From Candidatus Woesearchaeota archaeon (GTDB lineage Archaea; Nanobdellota; Nanobdellia; CAZCWL01), in contig CAZCWL010000001.1 of NCBI GenBank assembly GCA_964502435.1, positions 1 to 44,732 of the forward strand: a stretch of 44,732 nucleotides of DNA. Reading direction: 5' to 3'. The notes under the pieces are model-generated. The model made no database searches. It had not been told where the DNA came from and saw only the letters and a program-made list of their open reading frames with translations. Both the position numbers and the translations under genes were made by a program. This document shows, in pieces, positions 15,011 to 24,951 of the stretch (position 1 is the stretch's first letter; every line of letters starts with the position of its first letter).

Positions 15011-16378
15011 TTACATGAAGTAGTAACTAACCCGTCCGGCCGCGATCACTTTAAACAGCACCAACAGCACAACCACAAGGACCACAACAAAAACTGCTAC
15101 AGCTGAAGTATTCCCGCTGATAGCAAACGCCCCTGTAAACCTACTTCTAGTTACTGTTAAGTTAAATTCTTCTTCGTAACCAGAAGGTAATAACTTCACC
15201 TTCAGTGTGTACTTACCTAGCTCTGTATGGGTTAAGTTAGTGGTGTAATCAACATCACCACCAGCTGGAATCAAGTATTGCCGCTCGTCTGCAAACAGAT
15301 TGTGCCTGTCATGTGGGTAAAAGTAAACTAACAACTTTACTCTGCCCGAAAACTTACCCGTGTTCTTAATAGTAACTAAAAGAGATGTGGAGTTAGATGA
15401 AGTTTGCTCTGGAAAATTAACACTCACATCGTACTTCTCCAAAGGTGACTTTTCTATGTATATCTCATACGTAAGTGACTTCACAGTTTTCCCATCACTA
15501 ACCTTAACAGTAACCTCTTTTGTTTGTGGAAGTAAATCGTCTGCGTCTAAATTGATGTAAAATTTCCCACTCTCATTTGGGGACAAAGTTAAAGTCCTGG
15601 GTGAAATCCTATAAGAGCTCCAACCATCAATGTCAACAGAATAAACTGCTCCTTCGTTTCCTGTGTTCGTAACACAAACTTTCAATGTTCCTTTTGATCC
15701 TCTCTCTATGTAAAGTGGGTATCCACAAGACCTTACAGTAAAAGCGTATCTAGATTCTACAACTGATAAGGTCCACGAGTAAGTGTCACTTATCTCTCCA
15801 TCACTGACCTTCAATGTCACAGTATACTTGCCAGGCTTATCAGGAGCTTCGAACTCTATAACCCTATTAACACTGGAGTTGCGCTGAATGAAGAAATCGT
15901 CGCTGTATGTCTCACCATTAATAGTCAAATCAACCATAACCGGCTTCATGGCATTGTCATAGTTCCACACTGTGTACTTAACCTTACCGATGTAACCAGG
16001 ACTCACTCGTTCAGGGTAGTCTGTAGCATTAACAACCAATCCTCCCTCACAAGCAAGCGTAGCACTGATTGTGTACTCTGTCGGATTAGATGTCTTCACA
16101 ACATAAACCATATTGTAATCCTTAGCATACGTTCCTAAGTAAGAATCACTGTACATAGCATACCCTGATCCTGTAAGCTTCCATACCAAATGGCAATGTT
16201 CTGGTACCTCACCAGTAAACAAGTAGTACTGATGATCTCCGCACATACCTGATAGACTTATAGACTGTCCCGGCTGTAGAGAAAAGGTAAACGGTGCTGT
16301 TGTGTAACTTTCACTATCACACATGTAGCTAACACTCATTGCCAACAATGCTATCGGAACAAAAATCCACCATTTCAT
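15011..16378 (-). CDS. Surface protein with repeated Ig-like/CARDB-like beta domains, signal peptide and C-terminal TM anchor
   Basis: MKWWIFVPIALLAMSVS signal. Recurring GKYTVTLKVSDGE / KEVTVKVSDGK / GKYTLKVKLL strands. C-terminal VAVFVVVLVVVLLVLF anchor. Confidence 0.55.
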   Translation of the reverse strand: MKWWIFVPIALLAMSVSYMCDSESYTTAPFTFSLQPGQSISLSGMCGDHQYYLFTGEVPEHCHLVWKLTGSGYAMYSDSYLGTYAKDYNMVYVVKTSNPTEYTISATLACEGGLVVNATDYPERVSPGYIGKVKYTVWNYDNAMKPVMVDLTINGETYSDDFFIQRNSSVNRVIEFEAPDKPGKYTVTLKVSDGEISDTYSWTLSVVESRYAFTVRSCGYPLYIERGSKGTLKVCVTNTGNEGAVYSVDIDGWSSYRISPRTLTLSPNESGKFYINLDADDLLPQTKEVTVKVSDGKTVKSLTYEIYIEKSPLEKYDVSVNFPEQTSSNSTSLLVTIKNTGKFSGRVKLLVYFYPHDRHNLFADERQYLIPAGGDVDYTTNLTHTELGKYTLKVKLLPSGYEEEFNLTVTRSRFTGAFAISGNTSAVAVFVVVLVVVLLVLFKVIAAGRVSYYFM

Positions 16379-16458
16379 GATTAACCTCGTAGTTTCAGTT
16401 TTAAAAAGATTTTGAAGGGGCCCAGAAAGCATTTATTTAAAAGGAATGTAATAATTGC

Positions 16459-18129
16459 ATGGACTTCACAACAATGGTGAAAGTATTCAAAAAATTAGAG
16501 TCTACAAGAAAGAGACTCGAAATGGTTGACATAGTCTCCTCATTCTTAAAAACAGTACCAGTTGATCACATAGAGAACGTTGTCCTACTTCTCATGGGAA
16601 AGGTGTTTCCCGAGTACAGTGAGTACGAAGTAGGTATGGCATCACAGATGATAATAAAAACAATATCAAAAGCAACAGGCATTAGAGAAGAGGAGATAAA
16701 CAAGATGTGGGTAGACAAAGGGGATTTAGGTGACGTATGTGAAGAGGCGTTAAAGAAGAGAAAACAAGCTACATTGTTTGAAAGAAAAGGGTTAACTGTA
16801 GAAAAGCTTGTATCTAACCTCGAGAAGATTGCAAAGTTAACAGGTAAGGGAACAACAGAAAAGAAGATCATGCTAACAGCAGAGATACTCTCTTCTGCCA
16901 CACCAGAAGAGGCTAATTACGTGGTCAAGCTTCTTTTAGGTAAACTAAGAGTTGGAGTTGGAGAAGGTGTTGTAAGAGATGCTATTGCAAAAGCGTTTAA
17001 CATAGACACAAAAGACGTGGAAAAAGCATGGCAGCTGAGACCAAATTATGGCTACATCGCAAAAATGGCCAAACAAGGAAAAATAAAACAGATAAAGATA
17101 GAACTAGGAAAACCCATACAAGTACTTCTTGCTGAGAAGGCTCCAAATCTAGAGTACGCGATAAAAAAAGCAGGAAACCCAGGCATGGAGTACAAGTATG
17201 ACGGGATGAGAGCACAGATACACAAGGATGATAGTAACGTTTGGATATTCACACGTAGGTTAGAAAACGTAACAAAACAGTTCCCAGACCTGGTCAAGCT
17301 GGTAAGAGAACACGTGAAATGTAAAAAATGTATCATAGAAGGTGAAGTCCTAGCTGTGAAAAATGGTAAACCCTTACCATTCCAAACACTGTCTCAGAGA
17401 ATAAAAAGGAAATATAATATTAAGGAGATGGTAAAAAAGATTCCAATAAAAATTGAGTTGTTTGACATTGTTTACTTAGATGGAAAAACATTATTCAACA
17501 CGGTGTTGGAGAAAAGAAGATCCTTACTAGATTCAATAGTGCAACAGTCAAAAGACATCAAACTATCCAAAATGATAAGGACAAAAGATATTAAAGAAGC
17601 AGAAGAATTCTACAACCAAGCACTAAAAGACGGACAAGAAGGAGTTATGGTTAAAAACTTGGACTCGAAGTACGTTGCAGGAAGAAAAGAAGGATACTGG
17701 TGGAAAGTCAAGCCTGTCATGGAATCACTAGACTTAACCATAACAAGGGCAGAGTGGGGAGAAGGAAAGAGAAAAGGGTTCTTAAGCAGCTTTGTCCTAG
17801 CGTGTAGAGATGAGTACACAGGAGAGTTCTTAGAATGTGGCATGGTAGGAACAGGAATAAAAGAAAAAGAGGGTATAACATTCAAGTCCATGACAGAGCT
17901 ATTAAAACCACACATAATCGAGCAGCATGGAAAAACAGTCGTGATACGGCCAAGTATTGTAGTTGAAGTATCGTATCAGGAGATACAAAAATCGCCAAAG
18001 TATTCCTCTGGGTACGCTTTAAGGTTCCCAAGGTTCGTCAGGATAAGAGACGACAAAAGCCCTGATGAAGTTGACACCTTAGAGAGGATTGAAAGGCTGT
18101 ACAAGAATCAAAAGCACCGCAAAGGTTAA
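16459..18129 (+). CDS. lig: ATP-dependent DNA ligase
   Basis: Adenylation motif I EYKYDGMRAQIH, then EGVMVK and WWKVKP motifs. The 556-aa length is typical of archaeal Lig. Confidence 0.92.
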   Translation: MDFTTMVKVFKKLESTRKRLEMVDIVSSFLKTVPVDHIENVVLLLMGKVFPEYSEYEVGMASQMIIKTISKATGIREEEINKMWVDKGDLGDVCEEALKKRKQATLFERKGLTVEKLVSNLEKIAKLTGKGTTEKKIMLTAEILSSATPEEANYVVKLLLGKLRVGVGEGVVRDAIAKAFNIDTKDVEKAWQLRPNYGYIAKMAKQGKIKQIKIELGKPIQVLLAEKAPNLEYAIKKAGNPGMEYKYDGMRAQIHKDDSNVWIFTRRLENVTKQFPDLVKLVREHVKCKKCIIEGEVLAVKNGKPLPFQTLSQRIKRKYNIKEMVKKIPIKIELFDIVYLDGKTLFNTVLEKRRSLLDSIVQQSKDIKLSKMIRTKDIKEAEEFYNQALKDGQEGVMVKNLDSKYVAGRKEGYWWKVKPVMESLDLTITRAEWGEGKRKGFLSSFVLACRDEYTGEFLECGMVGTGIKEKEGITFKSMTELLKPHIIEQHGKTVVIRPSIVVEVSYQEIQKSPKYSSGYALRFPRFVRIRDDKSPDEVDTLERIERLYKNQKHRKG

Positions 18130-18153
18130 AAAATCCTTAAGATATACTCTCTT

Positions 18154-20925
18154 ATGGATTTTGTTAAAGTTGCGGAAAAATGGCAAAAAAAGTGGGAATC
18201 AAAAAAGGTCCACCAAGCAGACGTAAAGGAGAAGAAAAAATACTTTGTGACGTTTCCTTACCCATACATAAACGGAGAACCACACATTGGTCATGCATAC
18301 ACGTTTGTAAAAGCTGATATTCTTGCCAGATTTAAAAGAATGCAAGGTTACAACGTGCTATTTCCACAAGGGTGGCATGCTACAGGACAACCACTGTATG
18401 CTAACTGGACAAAGCTAGCAAACGGCGATAAAGAAGCAGAAGAAATGTACAGGAAAGCAGGAGCAACCGACAAGGACATCGAAAAAATAAAAAAAGACAT
18501 AAAAAACGCTGTAGAGTTCTGGGTTAAAAAATGGAGAGAAGGGTTCAATTCAATGAGTATAAGCGTTGACTGGAGGAGGGAATTCATAACTACAGAACTA
18601 AACCCATACTACTCTAAGTTCGTTGAGTGGCAGTTCAGAAAATTGAAGGATATGGGGTTAGTAGTGCAAAAAGAACATCCTGTTGTTTGGTGTCCAAAAT
18701 GTAAATCAACAACAGGAGACCACGACAGGTTAAAAGGTGAAGGTGAAACACCAGTAGAGTACATACTTATCAAATTCCGATACAATGACATGATACTTCC
18801 TGCAGCAACGTTTAGGCCAGAGACAGTGTACGGAGTAACTAACATGTGGATCAATCCAAAAGTAGAGTATGTAATAGCAGAAGTAGGAAAGGAGAAGTGG
18901 ATAGTAAGCAAAGAAGCATTTGAGAAGCTTAAACTCCAAAAAGAAGTAAAACAAGTTGGAAAGGTCAACGGTAGCGAGTTAATAGGGAAAAGTTGTACAA
19001 ACCCTGTAACTAAAGAGGATGTTCCAATACTGCAGGCAGAGTTTGTTGATCCAAACAATGGCACAGGTGTAGTGATGTCTGTACCAGCTCATGCTCCATA
19101 TGATTACATAGCATTAAAAGACATAGGTATGCTTGACAAGGTAAAAATAAAATCAATAATCCATACACCTGGGCTTGGTGAAGTTCCTGCCAAAGATATG
19201 ATAGAAGAGATGAGGATAGAGAACCAGAACGATCCAAAGTTGGAAACAGCCACAAAGGAATTGTACAAAAAAGAATTCCACATGGGCAGATTAAAAGATA
19301 ATTGCGGGTTGTACTCGGGCAAAAAAGTATCTGACTGTAAAGAAGATCTATCAGAAGCGTTTAAAAAAGAAGGAATAGCAGACTCTCTATGGGAACTAAC
19401 AGGTGAAGTGATATGTAGATGTGGAACAAGGTGTGTTATTAAAATAGTAAAAAACCAGTGGTTTATAAAATACTCTGACAAGTATTGGAAGGAGAAAACA
19501 AGATCCTGCTTAAAAAATTTGACTACCTGGCCAAAAGAAGTAAAAGGCATACTAGAAGAAGGTATAAGCTGGGTGAGGGACAAAGCTTGTACCAGAACAA
19601 CAGGACTAGGAACACACTTACCATGGGATAAAAAGTGGATCATAGAATCATTGAGTGATTCTACAATCTACCCTGCATTCTACGCCATTGATTACATACT
19701 AAAAACAATCGATGAAAACAAAGTAGATGATAAACTGTTTGACTATGTGTTACTGGGTGAAGGCAGCATAGATGAATTCGACGACGATATAAAAGACAAG
19801 ATCATAAAGATGAGAAAAGAATTCGAGTACTGGTATCCTGTAGACGCGAGGATCTCAGCAAAGGATCTTCTAAAGAATCATTTCCTATTCTACTTATTTA
19901 ACCACACAGCAATATTTCCAAAGGATAAATGGCCATTAGGAATAGGAGCCAATGGTGTTATAAAGGTTGGGGAATCAAAGATGAGCAAATCACTAGGGAA
20001 TTTCAGAACACTCAGTGACGTAGCAAAACAGTACGGTCCAGACATAGTAAGAATCGCCCTAGCAGGAGCAGGAGAAGGATTAGAAGACGCAATCTGGGAT
20101 GATAGAGCACCACTTGGATACAAATCAAGATTAGAGTACATCGAGTCCATAGTTGAAAAAATGGACAGCATCGGGGAAACAGAGAGACAGATAGACAAAT
20201 ACCTAATATCCAAAATGCAGACAATAATAAGAGACGTTGTAAAACATTATGAAAATCTGGAAACAAGAAGCGCTGTTCAAAAATCAATCTACGAAGCAAC
20301 AAATGATCTTAAATGGTACTTCCAAAGAGGAGGAAACAACAGAGCTGTTGTGAAATACGCTCTGGAAACGATAATAAAACTGTTAACACCAGTTGTGCCT
20401 CACTGGGCAGAGGAACTGTGGCACAAACTGAATAATAAAAAACTTGTTGTCACAGAGAGATTCCCAAGAGAAGACATAAGAAAGATAAACACAGCAGCAG
20501 AGAGAGGGGAAGAACTAGTCAAAAATGTAGCAGACGACATAAGACACATAATCAAAATAACAGGTAAAAAGCCATCTAAGATAAAGATAATAACATCACC
20601 TGCGTGGAAGTACTATGTTTATGACATGTTCCTTGTTCTGCATAAAGAAGAGGGGATAAAGGACGTCAAAAAATTGATAGATCGAATCCTGAAAAGAACT
20701 GAAATAAAACCGCATGCTAAAGAGGTAGCAATGATAGTAGCTAACCTGATAAAGAAATCAGTAATACCCCTAGATAGAGATCAAGAGATAATAACACTAA
20801 ATGATGCAAAGGATTACTTTAAATCCCAGTTCAAATGCGAAGTCGAAATAGAAAGTGGCGACGAATCAAAAGAAGAGAAAGCGTCAAAAGCCCTGCCAAT
20901 GAAGCCAGCAATAATTCTCATCTGA
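18154..20925 (+). CDS. leuS: Leucyl-tRNA synthetase (archaeal type)
   Basis: PYPYINGEPHIGHAYTF (HIGH), KMSKSLGN, and an inserted editing domain. 923 aa. Confidence 0.92.
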   Translation: MDFVKVAEKWQKKWESKKVHQADVKEKKKYFVTFPYPYINGEPHIGHAYTFVKADILARFKRMQGYNVLFPQGWHATGQPLYANWTKLANGDKEAEEMYRKAGATDKDIEKIKKDIKNAVEFWVKKWREGFNSMSISVDWRREFITTELNPYYSKFVEWQFRKLKDMGLVVQKEHPVVWCPKCKSTTGDHDRLKGEGETPVEYILIKFRYNDMILPAATFRPETVYGVTNMWINPKVEYVIAEVGKEKWIVSKEAFEKLKLQKEVKQVGKVNGSELIGKSCTNPVTKEDVPILQAEFVDPNNGTGVVMSVPAHAPYDYIALKDIGMLDKVKIKSIIHTPGLGEVPAKDMIEEMRIENQNDPKLETATKELYKKEFHMGRLKDNCGLYSGKKVSDCKEDLSEAFKKEGIADSLWELTGEVICRCGTRCVIKIVKNQWFIKYSDKYWKEKTRSCLKNLTTWPKEVKGILEEGISWVRDKACTRTTGLGTHLPWDKKWIIESLSDSTIYPAFYAIDYILKTIDENKVDDKLFDYVLLGEGSIDEFDDDIKDKIIKMRKEFEYWYPVDARISAKDLLKNHFLFYLFNHTAIFPKDKWPLGIGANGVIKVGESKMSKSLGNFRTLSDVAKQYGPDIVRIALAGAGEGLEDAIWDDRAPLGYKSRLEYIESIVEKMDSIGETERQIDKYLISKMQTIIRDVVKHYENLETRSAVQKSIYEATNDLKWYFQRGGNNRAVVKYALETIIKLLTPVVPHWAEELWHKLNNKKLVVTERFPREDIRKINTAAERGEELVKNVADDIRHIIKITGKKPSKIKIITSPAWKYYVYDMFLVLHKEEGIKDVKKLIDRILKRTEIKPHAKEVAMIVANLIKKSVIPLDRDQEIITLNDAKDYFKSQFKCEVEIESGDESKEEKASKALPMKPAIILI

Positions 20926-22414
20926 TATCAAACATCTTGTGTCTCTTTAGGTAGGACTTTGCCATGCTTAACTTAGCCTCGCTCGCACCATACAACGTTG
21001 CTATCACTTGCCCTTTTCTAACTTTTGCACCATACTTTTTATAGAATAACACGCCAGCTTCTTTTGTCTCAGGCGCACCAAGTATTCTACACACCCTAGC
21101 AACAACATGGTTATCTATATCAGATACAACTCCCTTTCTTTGGGACTTAATATCATAGCTTATCTTGGACGGCTTGAGTTTTTTGATGTTCACATTTGGG
21201 TCTCCGCCTTGAGCAGCAATAATCTCCTTCATCTTCTTCCAAGCTTTTCCTGTGCTAAGAGTCTTTGATGCTAGTCTGTAACCTTCATCTTCAGTATCAA
21301 CTCTGCCAACTAGAACAAGCAGTTTAGCTGCCATCCTGAGAGCCTTTTCACGCAAATCCTCAGGAGCTTTTGGATGGTTCCTAAGAACCTTTACCACATC
21401 CCTAGCTTCCAATAGTGGTCCTACTCCATCACCAATGGGCTGATCTCCATCACTAACCATAACAACTGTTTTCATCCCTAAACCTTCAGCAACCCTAACA
21501 AAGCTCTTCTCCAAAACTCTTGCTTCACCAATGTCCCTGGTTTTAGCATCCTGAGCTACAGGAATATCAATTATCAGATGTGTAGCTCCCATAGCGTACT
21601 TCTTCGCAAGTATAGATGATAACAGTAGTGGTTCTGGATCAAGAGAAAGCGGCCTTCTAACCCTTATCATTTTATCATCAGCAGAAGCAATATCAGAGCC
21701 GCCACCCCAAGCGATACAAGCACCAACCTTGTCAACTATTCGTTTTATCTCTGAAGATGAAAACGTAACAGGGGCGAGTACTTCCATAGTATCAGCAGTC
21801 CCAGCAGGAGAGGTTATAGCCCTGGAAGATATTTTTGGCATGGTGTAACCCAGTGCTGCCATAATCGGAACAATTATCATAGTTGTCCTATTACCAGGAA
21901 CGCCACCAACACAGTGTTTATCAACCACAATATCCTTACCAAACTTTAAAACAGAACCTGTCTCAGCAATAGCTCTAGTCAAGCACACAGTTTCGTTCAT
22001 TGTCATACCTTTCGTGTATACAGCTGCCACAAACATAGATATCTCAGTGTCAGTAAGCGTATCATTTACTATGTCCGCAACAATAGAATTTATTTCATCA
22101 CTAGTTAACTCCTCTCCGTCCATCTTTTTCTTTATAAAATCAAGGGATTGAGGCTTGGATATTATATCTATGTCAACTGTGTCTCCAGACTTGAGTTCTA
22201 ACCTTTCTGCTACCTCCTCAAAAACACCAACTGGATAATCATCGCTTTCCTTTGAATAATAATCAACGGTTGCAACAACAGAATTTCCTGCCTTTCTTAT
22301 AACAACACGGTCCATTGGCTGGACATCAAGATCTCTAGCAAAACTTGGCTCCAATACGATAATAGGGAGTCCACCTGTACGGATTGGGAGTACGTTTACT
22401 TTTGCCTTCATCAC
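20918..22414 (-). CDS. deoA: AMP phosphorylase (thymidine-phosphorylase family with an archaeal N-terminal extension)
   Basis: Collinear with archaeal AMP phosphorylase: DKHCVGGVPGNRTT, SSRAITSPAGTADTMEV, KVGACIAWGG, SILAKKYAMG, GKAWKKMKEIIAAQGGDPN. Confidence 0.88.
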   Translation of the reverse strand: MMKAKVNVLPIRTGGLPIIVLEPSFARDLDVQPMDRVVIRKAGNSVVATVDYYSKESDDYPVGVFEEVAERLELKSGDTVDIDIISKPQSLDFIKKKMDGEELTSDEINSIVADIVNDTLTDTEISMFVAAVYTKGMTMNETVCLTRAIAETGSVLKFGKDIVVDKHCVGGVPGNRTTMIIVPIMAALGYTMPKISSRAITSPAGTADTMEVLAPVTFSSSEIKRIVDKVGACIAWGGGSDIASADDKMIRVRRPLSLDPEPLLLSSILAKKYAMGATHLIIDIPVAQDAKTRDIGEARVLEKSFVRVAEGLGMKTVVMVSDGDQPIGDGVGPLLEARDVVKVLRNHPKAPEDLREKALRMAAKLLVLVGRVDTEDEGYRLASKTLSTGKAWKKMKEIIAAQGGDPNVNIKKLKPSKISYDIKSQRKGVVSDIDNHVVARVCRILGAPETKEAGVLFYKKYGAKVRKGQVIATLYGASEAKLSMAKSYLKRHKMFDIR

Positions 22415-22443
22415 AATATATATGGCACTTATTAAATATAATA

Positions 22444-23676
22444 CTACCGATTTTTAGGACCCCACTTCTCAAGTGCAGAAGCCAATTCTTTGTGGTCTTT
22501 GGCGTATGACACCAAAGAAACACCCTTCATAACAGCATCCACAGCTTGTCGCATAGCTGTAGCACCTGCCCTTGTACCATTAGGATGACCGTGCACACCG
22601 CCACCTGCCTGGATTATTACATCTGTACCAAGTAGAGAAATTAACTTTTCTACCATGCCAGGATGCAACCCACCAGAAGCAACAGGAAACACAGGTTTTA
22701 CATTCATCTTTTTTCTCAAAGCATAGTACACGTTCATAACCTCTTGCTTCGCACCTTCCATTTTGCCCACTATTGTGCCAGCATGTAGTTGATCAACGCC
22801 AACAAGGCGCAGCATCTTAGCCAACGCAAGCATAGTAATACCAAAGTCCTTACTTCTTGTGATTGCACCATGCATTGCTCTATGGGCATGAAGCACTAAT
22901 TTAACATGTTTCCTAACACTATGCAAAGCAGAAAAGCCAGCAGTAATCACGTCAACCATAACATACCTGCCACCATGAGCTGCAACAAACTCTGCTCTTT
23001 TCATCATCTCTTCATAAGGAGCTGTTATGTTAGGCATATACACCTTTCTCTCACCAGTTTCTTTCTCTGCCTTGTCCCTCATACGTAAAGTCGCCACAAC
23101 TCTTGTTTTGAATCTATTAAAACTCTGGTTAGTCAAATTTTCATCATCTTTAACAATGTCGATCCCACCAACCCATGCCTCGTATGCTACTTTAGCATGG
23201 TCTCTAGAGGAAAGGCCTATCTTTGGTTTTATGATAGTTCCAAGGAGGGGTCTATCAGAGATCTTTAGCAATTTCCTAACACCAAGTATACCATACCTTG
23301 GTCCAGGAAAGCTTTTCGTGATAGATTTTGGAAAGTTTACGTCGAGTAATCTAAGCGCACTAACTGATTTCATGCCAAAGATATTTCCAGCAATAGAACT
23401 CAGTATCTGCGGCATATTTCCAGGCTCAAAAAGTTTTGCTGGATATGCGACCTTTATTATCGCGCTTGTCTTTCTTGCTCCTGCTTCAATCTTAAAAACC
23501 CTTGCTCTCATGTTGTATATAGACTTGTTCATAGTGGAAATGTCTGTCCATGTACCTATAGAAGACTCAGCAGCAACTGCTTCAGCAGCCTGCTCGAGAG
23601 ACACACTAGATGATGGCTTTAAATAGAACGTGCAAACTACATCTGACTTCGGTCTGTAACTTGTGTCAATGTACAT
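22444..23676 (-). CDS. rbcL: Form III ribulose-1,5-bisphosphate carboxylase/oxygenase large subunit
   Basis: Catalytic signature is intact: GTIIKPKIGLS, GGIDIVKDDENL, LHAHRAMHGA, QLHAGT, VASGGLHPG, QAGGGVHGHPNG. Confidence 0.9.
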   Translation of the reverse strand: MYIDTSYRPKSDVVCTFYLKPSSSVSLEQAAEAVAAESSIGTWTDISTMNKSIYNMRARVFKIEAGARKTSAIIKVAYPAKLFEPGNMPQILSSIAGNIFGMKSVSALRLLDVNFPKSITKSFPGPRYGILGVRKLLKISDRPLLGTIIKPKIGLSSRDHAKVAYEAWVGGIDIVKDDENLTNQSFNRFKTRVVATLRMRDKAEKETGERKVYMPNITAPYEEMMKRAEFVAAHGGRYVMVDVITAGFSALHSVRKHVKLVLHAHRAMHGAITRSKDFGITMLALAKMLRLVGVDQLHAGTIVGKMEGAKQEVMNVYYALRKKMNVKPVFPVASGGLHPGMVEKLISLLGTDVIIQAGGGVHGHPNGTRAGATAMRQAVDAVMKGVSLVSYAKDHKELASALEKWGPKNR

Positions 23677-23706
23677 AAAAGTATAAAAAAAGAGTTCTAT
23701 TTAAAG

Positions 23707-23994
23707 TTATTCTTTCCAATCTTCTATAGGCCTACCCATGTCTGTAACAGTAAAGTCACTCACATGCTCCATAGATCTTATACCAGACTCTACTTTGTCC
23801 ATTAGTCCACCCTTGTCAGGAATCTTAAAGACGATTTCGAGAACGTTCAGACCAAACGCAACAGGTTTCTTAGCAGCTCTCAACAGATCCCCTTCTAACT
23901 CAGCTACTATGGATTTAATCTTGTCAACCCATGCAGCAACGTCTACCTCAGGCGAATCAGGCAAAATCCTCGCAGTTATAACTACTTCTCCCAT
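23707..23994 (-). CDS. Translation elongation factor aEF-1beta
   Basis: MGEVVITARILPDSPEVD...KPVAFGLNVLEIVF...HVSDFTVTDMGR. The Met at 23994 gives the canonical size of about 95 aa. Confidence 0.85.
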   Translation of the reverse strand: MGEVVITARILPDSPEVDVAAWVDKIKSIVAELEGDLLRAAKKPVAFGLNVLEIVFKIPDKGGLMDKVESGIRSMEHVSDFTVTDMGRPIEDWKE

Positions 23995-23998
23995 ATTA

Positions 23999-24166
23999 TC
24001 ACGGACCCTCAAATCCACAGTTTGGACATTTGTACTTCACGCCCTTCTTCCTACACATGCCACATCTAGCTACCACAAATTCCCCACAGTTTGGACAATT
24101 AAAAAACACAGCGTGGACATCATTTGTTATTTCCTTACCACAACTTACACAAAAAAGCTTATCCAT
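23999..24166 (-). CDS. Zn-ribbon RNA-binding protein (COG2888-type, usual upstream partner of aEF-1beta)
   Basis: [12 protein letters not shown]...[34 protein letters not shown] has four CxxC pairs. The start at 24166 is chosen over the longer tracked ORF. Confidence 0.8.
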   Translation of the reverse strand: MDKLFCVSCGKEITNDVHAVFFNCPNCGEFVVARCGMCRKKGVKYKCPNCGFEGP

Positions 24167-24209
24167 GCACAGTGATAAAGTATATATGTTTTTAAACTTT
24201 ACTATTTTT

Positions 24210-24542
24210 ATGAAGCTGGTTATACTAATGCGAACAGACATAAAGATGGGAAAAGGTAAAATGATCGCCCAAGCAATTCACGCTGCTGTTGGAGCCACAT
24301 CGAAGAGAAACTGGAAATACTTAAAGTGGAGGTTGACAGGGGAAAAAGTAGTGGTACTCAAAGCAGACATAGAAACGATCAATAAAAAGATTAAGCAATG
24401 TAAAAAGCAAGGGATAAGGACGTACGAAGTAATAGACGCAGGAAGAACACAAGTAAAGCCTGGAACAAAAACATGTGTTGCTATAGGACCTGATGATGAT
24501 GAGAAAGTAGATAAAATATGTTCTGACCTTAAGTTGCTCTAA
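24210..24542 (+). CDS. pth2: Peptidyl-tRNA hydrolase, archaeal type (Pth2)
   Basis: [29 protein letters not shown]...[21 protein letters not shown]. The tracked N-terminal extension from 24030 is antisense to the Zn-ribbon gene and is rejected. Confidence 0.88.
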   Translation: MKLVILMRTDIKMGKGKMIAQAIHAAVGATSKRNWKYLKWRLTGEKVVVLKADIETINKKIKQCKKQGIRTYEVIDAGRTQVKPGTKTCVAIGPDDDEKVDKICSDLKLL

Positions 24543-24577
24543 TAAAGTTTAAATATGAGACTATCCTAACATAAATT

Positions 24578-24946
24578 ATGAAAAGAGTTGAAGAGATAAT
24601 TCCAAAGATAGAACAGGAAATAAGCAAGATTCTAGGAAAGCCTAAGCAAAAACCGATATCAATTAATGAGCTGTTGAGATACATAAGAGAAAGCAGAATT
24701 AACCTAGAGAACGTTGACAAACTGCTTACACGTCTAAAGGCAAGCTATAGAGAAACACTTGGCTACTTCCCAGAGAACAGCAGCAGGACCATATTAGAAA
24801 TCCAAAACAAGGTTAAGGACTTAGTAACATTCCTTAGAGAGAACGAGAGTAAGTATCACACAGAAATAGAAGCATCACTTGAAAGGATAAAGAAAGAACT
24901 TGATGCTGAGCTTAAAGGCTTTCTTGAGAAAATAAGATCATTGTGA
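24578..24946 (+). CDS. Hypothetical all-helical protein (122 aa)
   Basis: ORF with host-like composition whose stop overlaps the alternative GTG start (24943) of the downstream DHH gene. No motif recognised. Confidence 0.45.
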   Translation: MKRVEEIIPKIEQEISKILGKPKQKPISINELLRYIRESRINLENVDKLLTRLKASYRETLGYFPENSSRTILEIQNKVKDLVTFLRENESKYHTEIEASLERIKKELDAELKGFLEKIRSL

Positions 24947-24951
24947 TAAGA

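Noticed and set aside
23027-23626. 199-aa plus-strand ORF. Many other long antisense ORFs are similar: 323-613, 1302-1667, 3955-4293, 4752-5126, 10145-10516, 18609-19064, 19104-19643, 29949-30494, 31966-32349 and 37995-38435.
   Set aside because: All lie entirely inside, and antisense to, genes with strong homology or motif support (RuBisCO, ATPase, MinD, LeuRS, Rad50, S-layer protein and others). Their Ser/Leu/Phe-rich low-complexity translations are typical shadows of K/E-rich coding sequence.
24030-24209. N-terminal 60-codon extension of the Pth2 ORF.
   Set aside because: It is antisense to the Zn-ribbon gene and unlike Pth2 N-termini. The canonical [10 protein letters not shown] start is at 24210.
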